From: Escherichia phage vB_EcoM-CHD16UKE1
Strand: one strand, 5' to 3'
Sequence record: MZ234030.1
DNA: 64,000 nt
Shown piece by piece: positions 28,451-38,619 of this stretch. The stretch's first letter is position 1; each line of letters starts with the position of its first letter. The notes beneath the pieces are model-generated. The model had not been told where the DNA came from. It ran no database searches and saw only the letters and a list, made by a program, of their open reading frames with translations. The position numbers and the translations under genes are program-made.

Positions 28451-29298
28451 TTCAATTCGTAATTCCAAGTTATCAACGTGTCGGGGCAGTTTCTGCCCTT
28501 GATATGTTTCCGACTGATTATGAACCGCATATTATAGTGCGTGAACACGAAGAAAAAGCTTATTATGATGCCTATGGGTCTAGAGCTAAAATTGTAACTA
28601 TTCCTGATGATGTTAATGGAATTGCCGGTACTCGTAAAGCAATTACTGATATGTATGCAGGTCAACGAATCTGGATGATTGACGATGATACTACTATCCG
28701 TATGAGTTCAATACGAAAGAGAGACGATAAACGGCGCGTAGATAAAATTAATCAATTAACTCGTGAACAGTTCTATGAATTGATTCAATATGTTGAAGAT
28801 GCCATGGATTGCGGGTATTATCACGGTCATGCTCGTCTACCAATTTTTAAAATTACTTCATCTTGGGGTAATTATCGTGAAAATTCATATGGATTCACGA
28901 ATACATGGTATGATCTCGGAAAACTTACGACAGAACAAATTGGGTATGGAAAAATTGATTTATGCGAAGATATGTATGCATTTCTCAATTTAATTAATCA
29001 AGGTTATCCGCATTTGGCCTTGTTCAAATATCTAGTTGTATCTGGAAAAGCACAAGCTCCTGGCGGGTGTAGTTCAATTCGTAGTAATTCTAAACATAAT
29101 AGAGCGCTTGAGCAAATCAATAGAGAGTTTCCAGAGCAAGCTCGTTGGAAAACTTCTAATATTGAAAAACGAAAATCGTTGGGTGAAGAAGACGAGCCAT
29201 TAAAGGTTCTTCGCATGTGCGTTTCGCGTAAAGAAAAATCAGAAGCATTTCATAAGTTTAATGCTATTCACAAAGTTGAAGTTACGGAAATATCATGA
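28447..29298 (+). CDS. GT-A fold glycosyltransferase (283 aa from ATG 28447)
   Basis: ORF track 28441..29298; N-terminal FVIPSYQR and DxD-like WMIDDDTT; ATGA overlap with gene 42 stop. Confidence 0.55.
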   Translation: MIQFVIPSYQRVGAVSALDMFPTDYEPHIIVREHEEKAYYDAYGSRAKIVTIPDDVNGIAGTRKAITDMYAGQRIWMIDDDTTIRMSSIRKRDDKRRVDKINQLTREQFYELIQYVEDAMDCGYYHGHARLPIFKITSSWGNYRENSYGFTNTWYDLGKLTTEQIGYGKIDLCEDMYAFLNLINQGYPHLALFKYLVVSGKAQAPGGCSSIRSNSKHNRALEQINREFPEQARWKTSNIEKRKSLGEEDEPLKVLRMCVSRKEKSEAFHKFNAIHKVEVTEIS

Positions 29299-30371
29299 AA
29301 ATAGCTATTCTAAATTTAAGTAATACTGTGAGTGATTTTAAAATAGTATCATCAGCCGAAACTATTTTAATAGGCAGGTCTTTAACTGAATTAGGGCATT
29401 CCGTTGATATAATTTCAATGCGAAATACTGAATACACTATATCATTTGATGTAGTAACTGATATAAATTCATACGATAGACTAATAGTAATTAATGGCGC
29501 TATCAATTTCTTCGGTGGAAAGAAAAATCCAATCGTTTTAAATTCATATAAATTGATGGCTGAATATAGAAGTAAAATTTATTATATTTTTACTGATGGC
29601 CGTCTTGGATTTATGCAAGTTCTTCCGGTAGTTCGCAGAAAGAAATTTTCAAGTGAATACAAAGATGAAGACTTATTTGTGTCATCTGACTTTAAAGTAA
29701 TATCTCAGGGCAGAAATCTAGAAATTGCTAAAAAGGCTCATAAGAAAACAACCGAAAGATACGGTAAAGAATTTGAGTATGATTACTTTCCTGTAGATAG
29801 ATATTTTATTCATTCACAGAAACTTAAACCTGCGAATCAAACTATTAAAAAATATGACGTTGTGTACTGCGGCGCGTTTAGAGGTGGGCAACGAGAGTCT
29901 AAAATAGTTGAATTTCTTTTTGATACCAATTTAAATATTAAAATGTTTGGAACTATTAAAGAGAAACAGTTTAAAAATCCTAAATTTCCGTGGAATGTAG
30001 CTCCATCATTCAGTCAAAAAATAGCATCAAATTTGGTTATTGACACGAATAGCCAAGCGATAGCAACTATAGTCATTGGTGATAAAGATTACAATGATAA
30101 TTTTATCACAATTAGAGTCTGGGAGGCCATGGCATCAGATGCTGTGATGCTTATCGATGAAGAGTTTGATAGCGAGCATCTTATTATTGACGACCCTAGA
30201 TTCTACGTTAAGAATAAAAATGATTTTGAAACTTTAGTAAATGAGTTAAAAACCAATGAGTGCTTGAGGCGGGAATTGATTACAATACAACATCAAACCC
30301 TATTTAAGTATCAAAGTTTAAAATCAGAATGGCAAGAAGAGCTTCTTCGCGTTCTCGATATCACCGCTTAA
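29295..30371 (+). CDS. b-gt: beta-glucosyltransferase-family protein (358 aa; diverged from recalled T4 beta-gt)
   Basis: ORF track; blocks INFFGGK, FRGGQRESK, NFITIRVWEAMASDAVMLIDEEFD resemble T4 beta-gt. Confidence 0.65.
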   Translation: MKIAILNLSNTVSDFKIVSSAETILIGRSLTELGHSVDIISMRNTEYTISFDVVTDINSYDRLIVINGAINFFGGKKNPIVLNSYKLMAEYRSKIYYIFTDGRLGFMQVLPVVRRKKFSSEYKDEDLFVSSDFKVISQGRNLEIAKKAHKKTTERYGKEFEYDYFPVDRYFIHSQKLKPANQTIKKYDVVYCGAFRGGQRESKIVEFLFDTNLNIKMFGTIKEKQFKNPKFPWNVAPSFSQKIASNLVIDTNSQAIATIVIGDKDYNDNFITIRVWEAMASDAVMLIDEEFDSEHLIIDDPRFYVKNKNDFETLVNELKTNECLRRELITIQHQTLFKYQSLKSEWQEELLRVLDITA

Positions 30372-30383
30372 TTTGAGGTTAAT

Positions 30384-30497
30384 ATGTTAGGACCTTTATT
30401 ATTCATTACTGGCTTAGGAATATTTACCGCAGTTAGTCTTGCTGGATTGTATCTGTATGACCTTTATGAAAGTAAGAAATCAAAAAGTAAATGCTAA
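30384..30497 (+). CDS. small membrane protein (37 aa)
   Basis: ATG 30384 to TAA 30495-30497. Confidence 0.3.
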   Translation: MLGPLLFITGLGIFTAVSLAGLYLYDLYESKKSKSKC

Positions 30498-30613
30498 ATG
30501 ATAAGGTGATATAATTATCTCATTATTAAATATGATGTAGTTAAACTCTGGGTATAACAATACCCTTTATTATAAACATGAGTAAAATATAATGCTGCCT
30601 ATGGAAAAATATA

Positions 30614-31789
30614 ATGTCTGATTTAAAATCCCGTTTGATTAAAGCTTCCACTTCTAAAATGACTGCAGAGCTTACTAAAAGCAAGTTCTTTAATGAAAAG
30701 GATGTGGTTCGTACTAAAATTCCAATGCTGAATATTGCAATTAGCGGTGCGTTGGACGGTGGTATGCAGTCTGGTTTAACTATTTTCGCAGGGCCTTCTA
30801 AACATTTTAAATCTAATATGTCACTGACAATGGTAGCAGCTTATTTGAATAAGTATCCTGATGCTATCTGTTTGTTCTATGACTCAGAGTTTGGTATCAC
30901 TCCGGCTTATCTTAAGTCTATGGGAGTTGACCCAGAACGAGTAATTCATACGCCAATCCAGTCAGTTGAACAGCTGAAAATTGATATGGTGAATCAGCTT
31001 GAAACTATTGAGCGTGGTGAAAAAGTTATTGTATTCATCGATTCAATTGGTAATATGGCTTCTAAGAAAGAAACTGAAGATGCCTTGAATGAAAAATCTG
31101 TGGCAGATATGACTCGTGCTAAATCACTGAAGTCATTATTCCGTATTGTTACTCCTTATTTTAGCATTAAAAATATTCCATGTGTTGCAGTTAACCATAC
31201 AATTGAAACCATTGAAATGTTTAGTAAAACCGTGATGACAGGTGGTACAGGCGTAATGTATTCGGCTGATACCGTATTCATTATCGGTAAGCGTCAGATT
31301 AAAGATGGTTCTGATCTTCAGGGGTATCAATTTGTTCTAAATGTAGAAAAATCTCGTACCGTTAAAGAAAAAAGTAAATTCTTTATTGATGTTAAATTTG
31401 ACGGTGGTATCGATCCTTATTCTGGATTGTTAGATATGGCTCTAGAATTAGGATTTGTGGTAAAACCTAAAAATGGTTGGTATGCTCGTGAATTTCTTGA
31501 TGAAGAAACCGGCGAGATGATTCGCGAAGAAAAATCTTGGCGTGCAAAAGATACTAACTGCACTACATTCTGGGGTCCTTTATTTAAGCATCAACCATTC
31601 CGAGATGCTATTAAACGTGCTTATCAGTTAGGTGCTATTGATAGTAATGAAATTGTTGAAGCTGAAGTTGATGAATTGATTAACTCAAAGGTTGAAAAAT
31701 TTAAATCTCCAGAAAGTAAAAGTAAATCAGCTGCTGATTTAGAAACTGACCTCGAACAGTTAAGTGATATGGAAGAATTTAATGAATAA
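30614..31789 (+). CDS. uvsX: recombinase UvsX (RecA-like), 391 aa
   Basis: ORF track; Walker A GPSKHFKS; length matches T4 UvsX. Confidence 0.9.
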   Translation: MSDLKSRLIKASTSKMTAELTKSKFFNEKDVVRTKIPMLNIAISGALDGGMQSGLTIFAGPSKHFKSNMSLTMVAAYLNKYPDAICLFYDSEFGITPAYLKSMGVDPERVIHTPIQSVEQLKIDMVNQLETIERGEKVIVFIDSIGNMASKKETEDALNEKSVADMTRAKSLKSLFRIVTPYFSIKNIPCVAVNHTIETIEMFSKTVMTGGTGVMYSADTVFIIGKRQIKDGSDLQGYQFVLNVEKSRTVKEKSKFFIDVKFDGGIDPYSGLLDMALELGFVVKPKNGWYAREFLDEETGEMIREEKSWRAKDTNCTTFWGPLFKHQPFRDAIKRAYQLGAIDSNEIVEAEVDELINSKVEKFKSPESKSKSAADLETDLEQLSDMEEFNE

Positions 31790-32126
31790 AGATGATTTAG
31801 ATTTAGATCTAGAAATTATCGATGAATCCCCCTCTTCGGAGGGGGAAGAAGAAAGAAAAGAACGTCTTTTTAATGAGTCTCTTAAGATAATTAAATCCGC
31901 TATGGAAAATGTTATCCAGGAGATTGTCATTAAACTAGAAGATGGTTCTACACATATAGTGTATGTAACTAAACTGGATTGGGTTGATGGAAAGGTTGTA
32001 ATGGACTTTGCTGTTCTTGATCAAGAAAGAAAAGCTGAGTTAGCTCCTCATGTAGAAAAATGTATTACAATGCAACTGCAAGATGCATTCAATAAAAGGT
32101 CAAAGAAAAAGTTTAAATTCTTTTAA
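31782..32126 (+). CDS. 40: gp40-like protein (114 aa from ATG 31782)
   Basis: ORF track 31764..32126 (GTG); first ATG 31782; position between uvsX and 41. Confidence 0.5.
   Translation: MNKDDLDLDLEIIDESPSSEGEEERKERLFNESLKIIKSAMENVIQEIVIKLEDGSTHIVYVTKLDWVDGKVVMDFAVLDQERKAELAPHVEKCITMQLQDAFNKRSKKKFKFF
31828..31845 (+). other. CCCCCUC-UUCG-GAGGGGG hairpin inside gene 40 coding sequence
   Basis: ccccctcttcggaggggg read from sequence. Confidence 0.5.
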
Positions 32127-32135
32127 GGAGTAAGT

Positions 32136-33563
32136 GTGGTAGAAATTATTCTTTCCCATCTCATATTTGATCAAGCTTATTTTTCAAAAGTTTGGCCATA
32201 TATGGATTCAGAATATTTTGAAAGTGGTCCAGCTAAAAATACATTCAAATTAATTAAATCTCATGTTAATGAGTACCATAGCGTTCCATCTATTAATGCG
32301 TTAAATGTTGCATTAGAAAATAGTTCATTTACTGAAACAGAATATTCTGGTGTAAAAACACTTATTTCGAAACTAGCCGATTCTCCAGAAGACCATAGCT
32401 GGTTAGTAAAAGAAACAGAAAAATATGTTCAGCAAAGGGCGATGTTTAATGCTACGTCTAAAATAATTGAAATTCAAACTAATGCTGAGCTTCCTCCGGA
32501 AAAACGAAATAAGAAAATGCCAGATGTAGGTGCTATTCCTGACATCATGCGCCAAGCATTATCAATTTCATTTGATAGTTACGTTGGTCATGATTGGATG
32601 GATGACTACGAAGCACGTTGGCTATCTTATATGAATAAAGCTCGTAAGGTTCCATTTAGACTCAAAATTCTAAATAAAATTACTAAAGGTGGAGCTGAAA
32701 CTGGAACACTGAACGTTTTAATGGCTGGTGTTAACGTCGGTAAGTCATTAGGTCTGTGTTCATTGGCAGCAGATTATTTGCAGCTCGGACATAATGTTCT
32801 TTACATTTCCATGGAAATGGCAGAAGAAGTCTGTGCTAAGCGTATTGATGCTAATATGCTTGATGTTTCTCTTGATGACATTGATGACGGGCATATTTCT
32901 TACGCTGAGTATAAAGGAAAAATGGAAAAATGGCGCGAGAAATCTACTCTCGGTCGTTTAATAGTTAAACAGTATCCTACTGGTGGAGCAGATGCTAATA
33001 CATTTCGTTCGCTTTTAAACGAATTAAAGCTCAAGAAGAATTTTGTTCCAACAATCATTATTGTCGACTATCTGGGTATTTGTAAATCTTGCCGCATTAG
33101 AGTTTACTCAGAAAATAGTTACACAACTGTTAAAGCCATTGCAGAGGAATTACGTGCTCTTGCTGTTGAAACCGAAACTGTTCTTTGGACTGCAGCACAG
33201 GTTGGTAAACAAGCTTGGGATTCTTCTGATGTTAACATGAGCGATATTGCAGAATCTGCCGGTCTTCCAGCAACAGCTGATTTTATGCTTGCGGTCATTG
33301 AAACCGAGGAGCTAGCAGCTGCTGAACAACAACTCATTAAGCAAATCAAATCACGATACGGTGATAAGAATAAATGGAATAAGTTTTTGATGGGTGTTCA
33401 AAAAGGAAATCAGAAATGGGTAGAAATTGAACAAGATTCTACTCCAACTGAAGTGAACGAAGTAGCAGGTTCACAGCAAATTCAGGCTGAACAGAATCGC
33501 TATCAAAGAAACGAATCCGCTCGAGCTCAGTTAGATGCTTTGGCAAATGAATTAAAATTTTAG
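32136..33563 (+). CDS. 41: replicative helicase gp41 (475 aa), predicted GTG start
   Basis: ORF track; Walker A GVNVGKS; SD AAGGAG upstream; length matches T4 gp41. Confidence 0.9.
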   Translation: MVEIILSHLIFDQAYFSKVWPYMDSEYFESGPAKNTFKLIKSHVNEYHSVPSINALNVALENSSFTETEYSGVKTLISKLADSPEDHSWLVKETEKYVQQRAMFNATSKIIEIQTNAELPPEKRNKKMPDVGAIPDIMRQALSISFDSYVGHDWMDDYEARWLSYMNKARKVPFRLKILNKITKGGAETGTLNVLMAGVNVGKSLGLCSLAADYLQLGHNVLYISMEMAEEVCAKRIDANMLDVSLDDIDDGHISYAEYKGKMEKWREKSTLGRLIVKQYPTGGADANTFRSLLNELKLKKNFVPTIIIVDYLGICKSCRIRVYSENSYTTVKAIAEELRALAVETETVLWTAAQVGKQAWDSSDVNMSDIAESAGLPATADFMLAVIETEELAAAEQQLIKQIKSRYGDKNKWNKFLMGVQKGNQKWVEIEQDSTPTEVNEVAGSQQIQAEQNRYQRNESARAQLDALANELKF

Positions 33564-33592
33564 TTTACAAGCTGACAAGACTATGGTATAGT
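33563..33592 (+). promoter_or_regulatory. T4-type early promoter (GTTTAC / TATAGT)
   Basis: gtttacaagctgacaagactatggtatagt. Confidence 0.55.
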
Positions 33593-33621
33593 AGTCTTGT
33601 TGGTTAAATGAGGAGATTGTT

Positions 33622-33804
33622 ATGGAATTGGTAAAGGTAGTTTTTATGGGGTGGTTTAAGAACGAAAGCATGTTTACTAAAGAGATCACAATGATGAAAG
33701 ATGACGTTCAATGGGCTACTACTCAATATGCTGAAGTTAATAAAGCACTAGTTAAAGCTTTCATTGATGACAAGAAGGTATGTGAAGTGGATTGCCGAGG
33801 ATAA
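33622..33804 (+). CDS. dmd: Dmd-like protein (60 aa; antitoxin against host RnlA/LsoA in T4)
   Basis: ORF track; 60 aa; position between 41 and sp. Confidence 0.5.
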   Translation: MELVKVVFMGWFKNESMFTKEITMMKDDVQWATTQYAEVNKALVKAFIDDKKVCEVDCRG

Positions 33805-33805
33805 T

Positions 33806-34063
33806 ATGCATATCGTTTTATTTAAACCTACTCCGTATAATGTCAGGAAAAATACTCAATTCAAAGCACTTATTGCAGATACGTGGGAATTAGTATTAGA
33901 TATTCCGGCAGAAGAAAGCCCTCCATTTGGTCGAGTGGAATTTATTAAGTTTGCTGTGCGCCCTACAAAGCGACAGATTCGTCAATGCAAAAGATACTTT
34001 CGTAAAATCGCCAAGTTAGAGAAACAGTTTGTAACATGTGATTATGCAGAAGTTTTAAAATAA
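33806..34063 (+). CDS. hypothetical protein (85 aa from ATG 33806)
   Basis: ORF track 33764..34063; first ATG 33806. Confidence 0.4.
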   Translation: MHIVLFKPTPYNVRKNTQFKALIADTWELVLDIPAEESPPFGRVEFIKFAVRPTKRQIRQCKRYFRKIAKLEKQFVTCDYAEVLK

Positions 34064-34065
34064 CT

Positions 34066-34095
34066 GTTTACTTTTATTGGAAATTGAGATACTAT
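34066..34095 (+). promoter_or_regulatory. T4-type early promoter (GTTTAC / TACTAT)
   Basis: gtttacttttattggaaattgagatactat. Confidence 0.5.
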
Positions 34096-34123
34096 ATAAA
34101 CATAAACTACTGAGGAGATTATC

Positions 34124-34417
34124 ATGAAAAAATTTATCTTTGCTGCAATTTTTGCTTTATCTTCTTGCGCTGCTCAGCCTGCTATGGCGGGTTATGACAA
34201 AGATTTGTGCGAATGGTCTATGACTGCAGATCAGACTGAAGTTGAAATTCAAATTGAAGCGGATATTATGAATATCGTTGAACGTGATCGTCCTGAAATG
34301 AAAGCTGAAGTGCAAAAACAACTTAAATCTGGTGGTGTAATGCAGTATAATTATGTTCTGTATTGCGATAAAAACTTTAATAATAAAAATATCATCGCTG
34401 AAGTGGTAGGTGAGTAA
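34124..34417 (+). CDS. sp: Spackle (Sp) periplasmic superinfection-exclusion protein, 97 aa
   Basis: ORF track; signal peptide; length and position. Confidence 0.65.
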   Translation: MKKFIFAAIFALSSCAAQPAMAGYDKDLCEWSMTADQTEVEIQIEADIMNIVERDRPEMKAEVQKQLKSGGVMQYNYVLYCDKNFNNKNIIAEVVGE

Positions 34418-34429
34418 TTAGAGGTTAGT

Positions 34430-34786
34430 ATGTATAGTTCTGAATTTTCATATTTAAAAATGGAAAAAATTTCATACGATTTTATAGATGAAAAGGTTTA
34501 TTACAGTTTCCATGAACCACGTTTTAATAGTGAGGTTGGGTTTATTGTAGTAAAAGACAATTTTATTTTAAAAATATATTCAGCATTAAAGGATTTTCAT
34601 TACGAAAATATTAACCTAAAATTTAATAAAGAAAACGTTCGTAATTGTGCAGTAACAATTACAGGAAATAAAGGCACATGTGTTATGCTATCTGATGAAA
34701 TTAATGATTTGCTAAATGATGCCGAAAAGGTTGCTATTCCATCTATTGATGACCAAATTTTTAATGCTTTTATGAATAGAGGTTAA
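34430..34786 (+). CDS. hypothetical protein (118 aa; 61.2-like position)
   Basis: ORF track. Confidence 0.45.
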   Translation: MYSSEFSYLKMEKISYDFIDEKVYYSFHEPRFNSEVGFIVVKDNFILKIYSALKDFHYENINLKFNKENVRNCAVTITGNKGTCVMLSDEINDLLNDAEKVAIPSIDDQIFNAFMNRG

Positions 34787-34787
34787 T

Positions 34788-34952
34788 ATGAAAACATATA
34801 AAGAATTTATTAAAGAAGATATGGTAGCTGGAGATTCAGGTGGTAATCCTGAAAATATCTCCACTGGAACAACGTCAGGTGCTGTAGTAAATAAAGGTCC
34901 TGAACAGATTCCTAAAAAGAAAAAAGAGGAATCTAAAGAAAAAGAAGAGTAA
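34788..34952 (+). CDS. hypothetical small protein (54 aa)
   Basis: ATG 34788 to TAA 34950-34952. Confidence 0.35.
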   Translation: MKTYKEFIKEDMVAGDSGGNPENISTGTTSGAVVNKGPEQIPKKKKEESKEKEE

Positions 34953-34954
34953 AA

Positions 34955-35983
34955 ATGTCATCAATACCTTGGATTGATAATGAGTTTGCGTATCGTGCAT
35001 TAGCTCATTTACCTAAATTCACACAAGTAAATAATAGTTCAACTTTTAAATTGCGGTTTAGATGCCCTGTTTGTGGAGATTCAAAAACCGACCAGAATAA
35101 AGCTCGTGGATGGTATTATGGTGATAATAATGAAGGAAATATTCATTGTTATAACTGTAACTATCATGCACCAATCGGAATATATCTAAAGGAGTTTGAA
35201 CCTGATTTATATCGTGAGTATATCTTTGAAATAAGAAAAGAAAAAGGTAAAAGTCGTCCAGTAGAAAAACCTAAAGAACTTCCTAAACAACCTGAGAAGA
35301 AAATAATTAAATCTCTTCCGTCATGCGTTAGATTAGATAAACTGGTGGAAGACCATCCAATTATAAAATACGTAAAAGCTCGTTGTATTCCAAAGGATAA
35401 ATGGAAATATCTTTGGTTTACAACTGAATGGCCTAAATTAGTTAATAGCATAGCACCGGGAACATACAAAAAGGAAATTTCTGAGCCTCGTCTTGTTATT
35501 CCAATTTATAATGCTAATGGAAAAGCTGAGTCTTTTCAAGGACGTGCATTAAAGAAAGATGCTCCTCAAAAATATATCACCATTAAAGCTTATCCTGAGG
35601 CAACAAAAATATATGGAGTCGAACGAGTTAAAGATGGCGATGTATATGTTCTAGAAGGACCTATAGATTCACTTTTTATTGAAAATGGTATAGCTATTAC
35701 GGGTGGTCAATTAGACCTAGAAGTTGTTCCATTTAAAGATAGACGAGTGTGGGTTTTAGATAATGAACCTCGTCACCCTGACACTATCAAGCGAATGACT
35801 AAATTAGTTGATGCAGGAGAAAGGGTTATGTTTTGGGATAAATCTCCCTGGAAATCAAAAGATGTTAATGATATGATTAGAAAGGAAGGTGCAACCCCTG
35901 AACAAATTATGGAATATATGAAAAATAATATTGCCCAGGGGTTGATGGCTAAAATGCGGTTATCTAAATATGCCAAGATTTAA
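34955..35983 (+). CDS. 61: DNA primase gp61 (342 aa)
   Basis: ORF track; N-terminal zinc ribbon CPVCGDS..CYNC; length matches T4 gp61. Confidence 0.85.
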   Translation: MSSIPWIDNEFAYRALAHLPKFTQVNNSSTFKLRFRCPVCGDSKTDQNKARGWYYGDNNEGNIHCYNCNYHAPIGIYLKEFEPDLYREYIFEIRKEKGKSRPVEKPKELPKQPEKKIIKSLPSCVRLDKLVEDHPIIKYVKARCIPKDKWKYLWFTTEWPKLVNSIAPGTYKKEISEPRLVIPIYNANGKAESFQGRALKKDAPQKYITIKAYPEATKIYGVERVKDGDVYVLEGPIDSLFIENGIAITGGQLDLEVVPFKDRRVWVLDNEPRHPDTIKRMTKLVDAGERVMFWDKSPWKSKDVNDMIRKEGATPEQIMEYMKNNIAQGLMAKMRLSKYAKI

Positions 35984-36180
35984 ATTAACCCAACTAAAGC
36001 AAATGCTAGATCTACGAATGTATCAAGAGTAACTACTGGAATATTAATACCATGTGCAATTGCAATGGGTGATAAAATAAAGTTCCAGAGTAAAATTCCT
36101 ACCATAGCAGAAATAGTAAAAGCTATACGTTTTTTATTACCTTTTATGGCATCAACAAGTGCCATTAATTTTTGTGCCAT
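35980..36180 (-). CDS. small membrane protein (66 aa) on opposite strand
   Basis: ORF track; strong SD AAGGAGG before ATG; hydrophobic; fills otherwise non-coding 300-bp gap. Confidence 0.45.
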   Translation of the reverse strand: MAQKLMALVDAIKGNKKRIAFTISAMVGILLWNFILSPIAIAHGINIPVVTLDTFVDLAFALVGLI

Positions 36181-36199
36181 GTGTCCTCCTTTAAATTAA

Positions 36200-36207
36200 T
36201 ATTTATC
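36200..36207 (-). promoter_or_regulatory. late-promoter-like box (GATAAATA; consensus TATAAATA) upstream of minus-strand ORF
   Basis: reverse complement of aatatttatc. Confidence 0.3.
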
Positions 36208-36224
36208 ACAAATTTCATAAATTT

Positions 36225-36254
36225 GTTTACTTTCTCAGCTTGTTATGGTATTAT
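36225..36254 (+). promoter_or_regulatory. T4-type early promoter (GTTTAC / TATTAT)
   Basis: gtttactttctcagcttgttatggtattat. Confidence 0.55.
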
Positions 36255-36279
36255 AAAATAAATTGCTGAGGATGATATA

Positions 36280-37619
<1,340 letters not shown>

Positions 37620-37620
37620 T

Positions 37621-37645
37621 TGCTTACATACTCAAATGATATAAT
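37621..37645 (+). promoter_or_regulatory. candidate middle promoter (TGCTTAC box, 12 nt, TATAAT)
   Basis: tgcttacatactcaaatgatataat. Confidence 0.35.
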
Positions 37646-37679
37646 TATTTAACTTATTAATGAATTGAAAGGAAAAATA

Positions 37680-38198
37680 ATGGCTTACTTTAACGAATGT
37701 AGTCAACTGATCGAAGGCGCTGATAAAGCTCAAAATGAATATTGGGATATTCTCGGTGATGAAAAAGACCCGCTGCAGGTTATGCTTGATATGCAGAAAT
37801 CTCTACAGGTTCGTTTAGCTAAAGATAAACCTGAATATAACCGTCATCCTGATGATTTGGCTACTGCGGGTGAAGTTGTTGATTGGCTGCGTAATCAGAA
37901 AGATTATATTGATGATGAATTCCGCGAACTATTGACTTCTCTTGGTGGTATGAGCAATGGTGAAAAAGATGCATCTGCTGTATGGAAGCCTTGGAAAGCT
38001 CAACATGGTGAACGACGTGAAACTCTGATTACTGATTTGTCTCCACAAGACCAGTTGGAAATTAAATTCGAAATGATTGATATTCTTCATTTCGTTCTGA
38101 ACATGTTCCAAGGTCTCGGTCTTACGGCTGAAGAAATCTTTAAACTTTATTATCTGAAAAATGCTGAAAATTTCGCTCGTCAAGACCGAGGTTATTAA
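37680..38198 (+). CDS. 56: dCTPase-dUTPase gp56 (172 aa from ATG 37680)
   Basis: ORF track 37665..38198; first ATG 37680; MazG-like; position between dam and soc. Confidence 0.75.
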   Translation: MAYFNECSQLIEGADKAQNEYWDILGDEKDPLQVMLDMQKSLQVRLAKDKPEYNRHPDDLATAGEVVDWLRNQKDYIDDEFRELLTSLGGMSNGEKDASAVWKPWKAQHGERRETLITDLSPQDQLEIKFEMIDILHFVLNMFQGLGLTAEEIFKLYYLKNAENFARQDRGY

Positions 38199-38398
38199 TG
38201 GCTCGTTTAAATAAACGTCAACTTAAGAAAGCCCACAAGAAACGTATTGACCAGCTATTTAAAAATTATGACAAGGAGCTCACATACGAGCTCCTATCTA
38301 ATCAGCTCCACAAAGCTTACACAATTAAAACTGGACATATACAATTAGGTAAGGTGCATGAAGAAGCCTTAAAATTAATTATAGAGCATTCAAAATGA
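38198..38398 (+). CDS. hypothetical basic protein (66 aa)
   Basis: ORF track. Confidence 0.4.
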   Translation: MARLNKRQLKKAHKKRIDQLFKNYDKELTYELLSNQLHKAYTIKTGHIQLGKVHEEALKLIIEHSK

Positions 38399-38604
38399 AA
38401 TTTGATTTTTATGCATGGCAAAAAGCCGGGAGACCGGCTAGTTGAGCATTTGGTTCTGATGGATATAATATTAGAGCTCATTGGAAGTTTAATGCTCCAG
38501 CCGATTATTCTCCGGTAATTATTAACGGTGATGTTGTTATATTAACTAAAATTGGGTATTTTAACGTTCCGCAAGAATTTATTATAAATAGTCATGTAAT
38601 TTAA
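38395..38604 (+). pseudogene. 69-codon reading frame interrupted by in-frame TGA at codon 17 (38443-38445)
   Basis: ATG 38395, TGA 38443-38445, frame stays open and protein-like to TAA 38602-38604. Confidence 0.3.
38583..38590 (+). promoter_or_regulatory. late promoter TATAAATA for soc
   Basis: exact TATAAATA 30 nt upstream of soc ATG. Confidence 0.6.
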
Positions 38605-38619
38605 ATAAAGGAGAATTAC

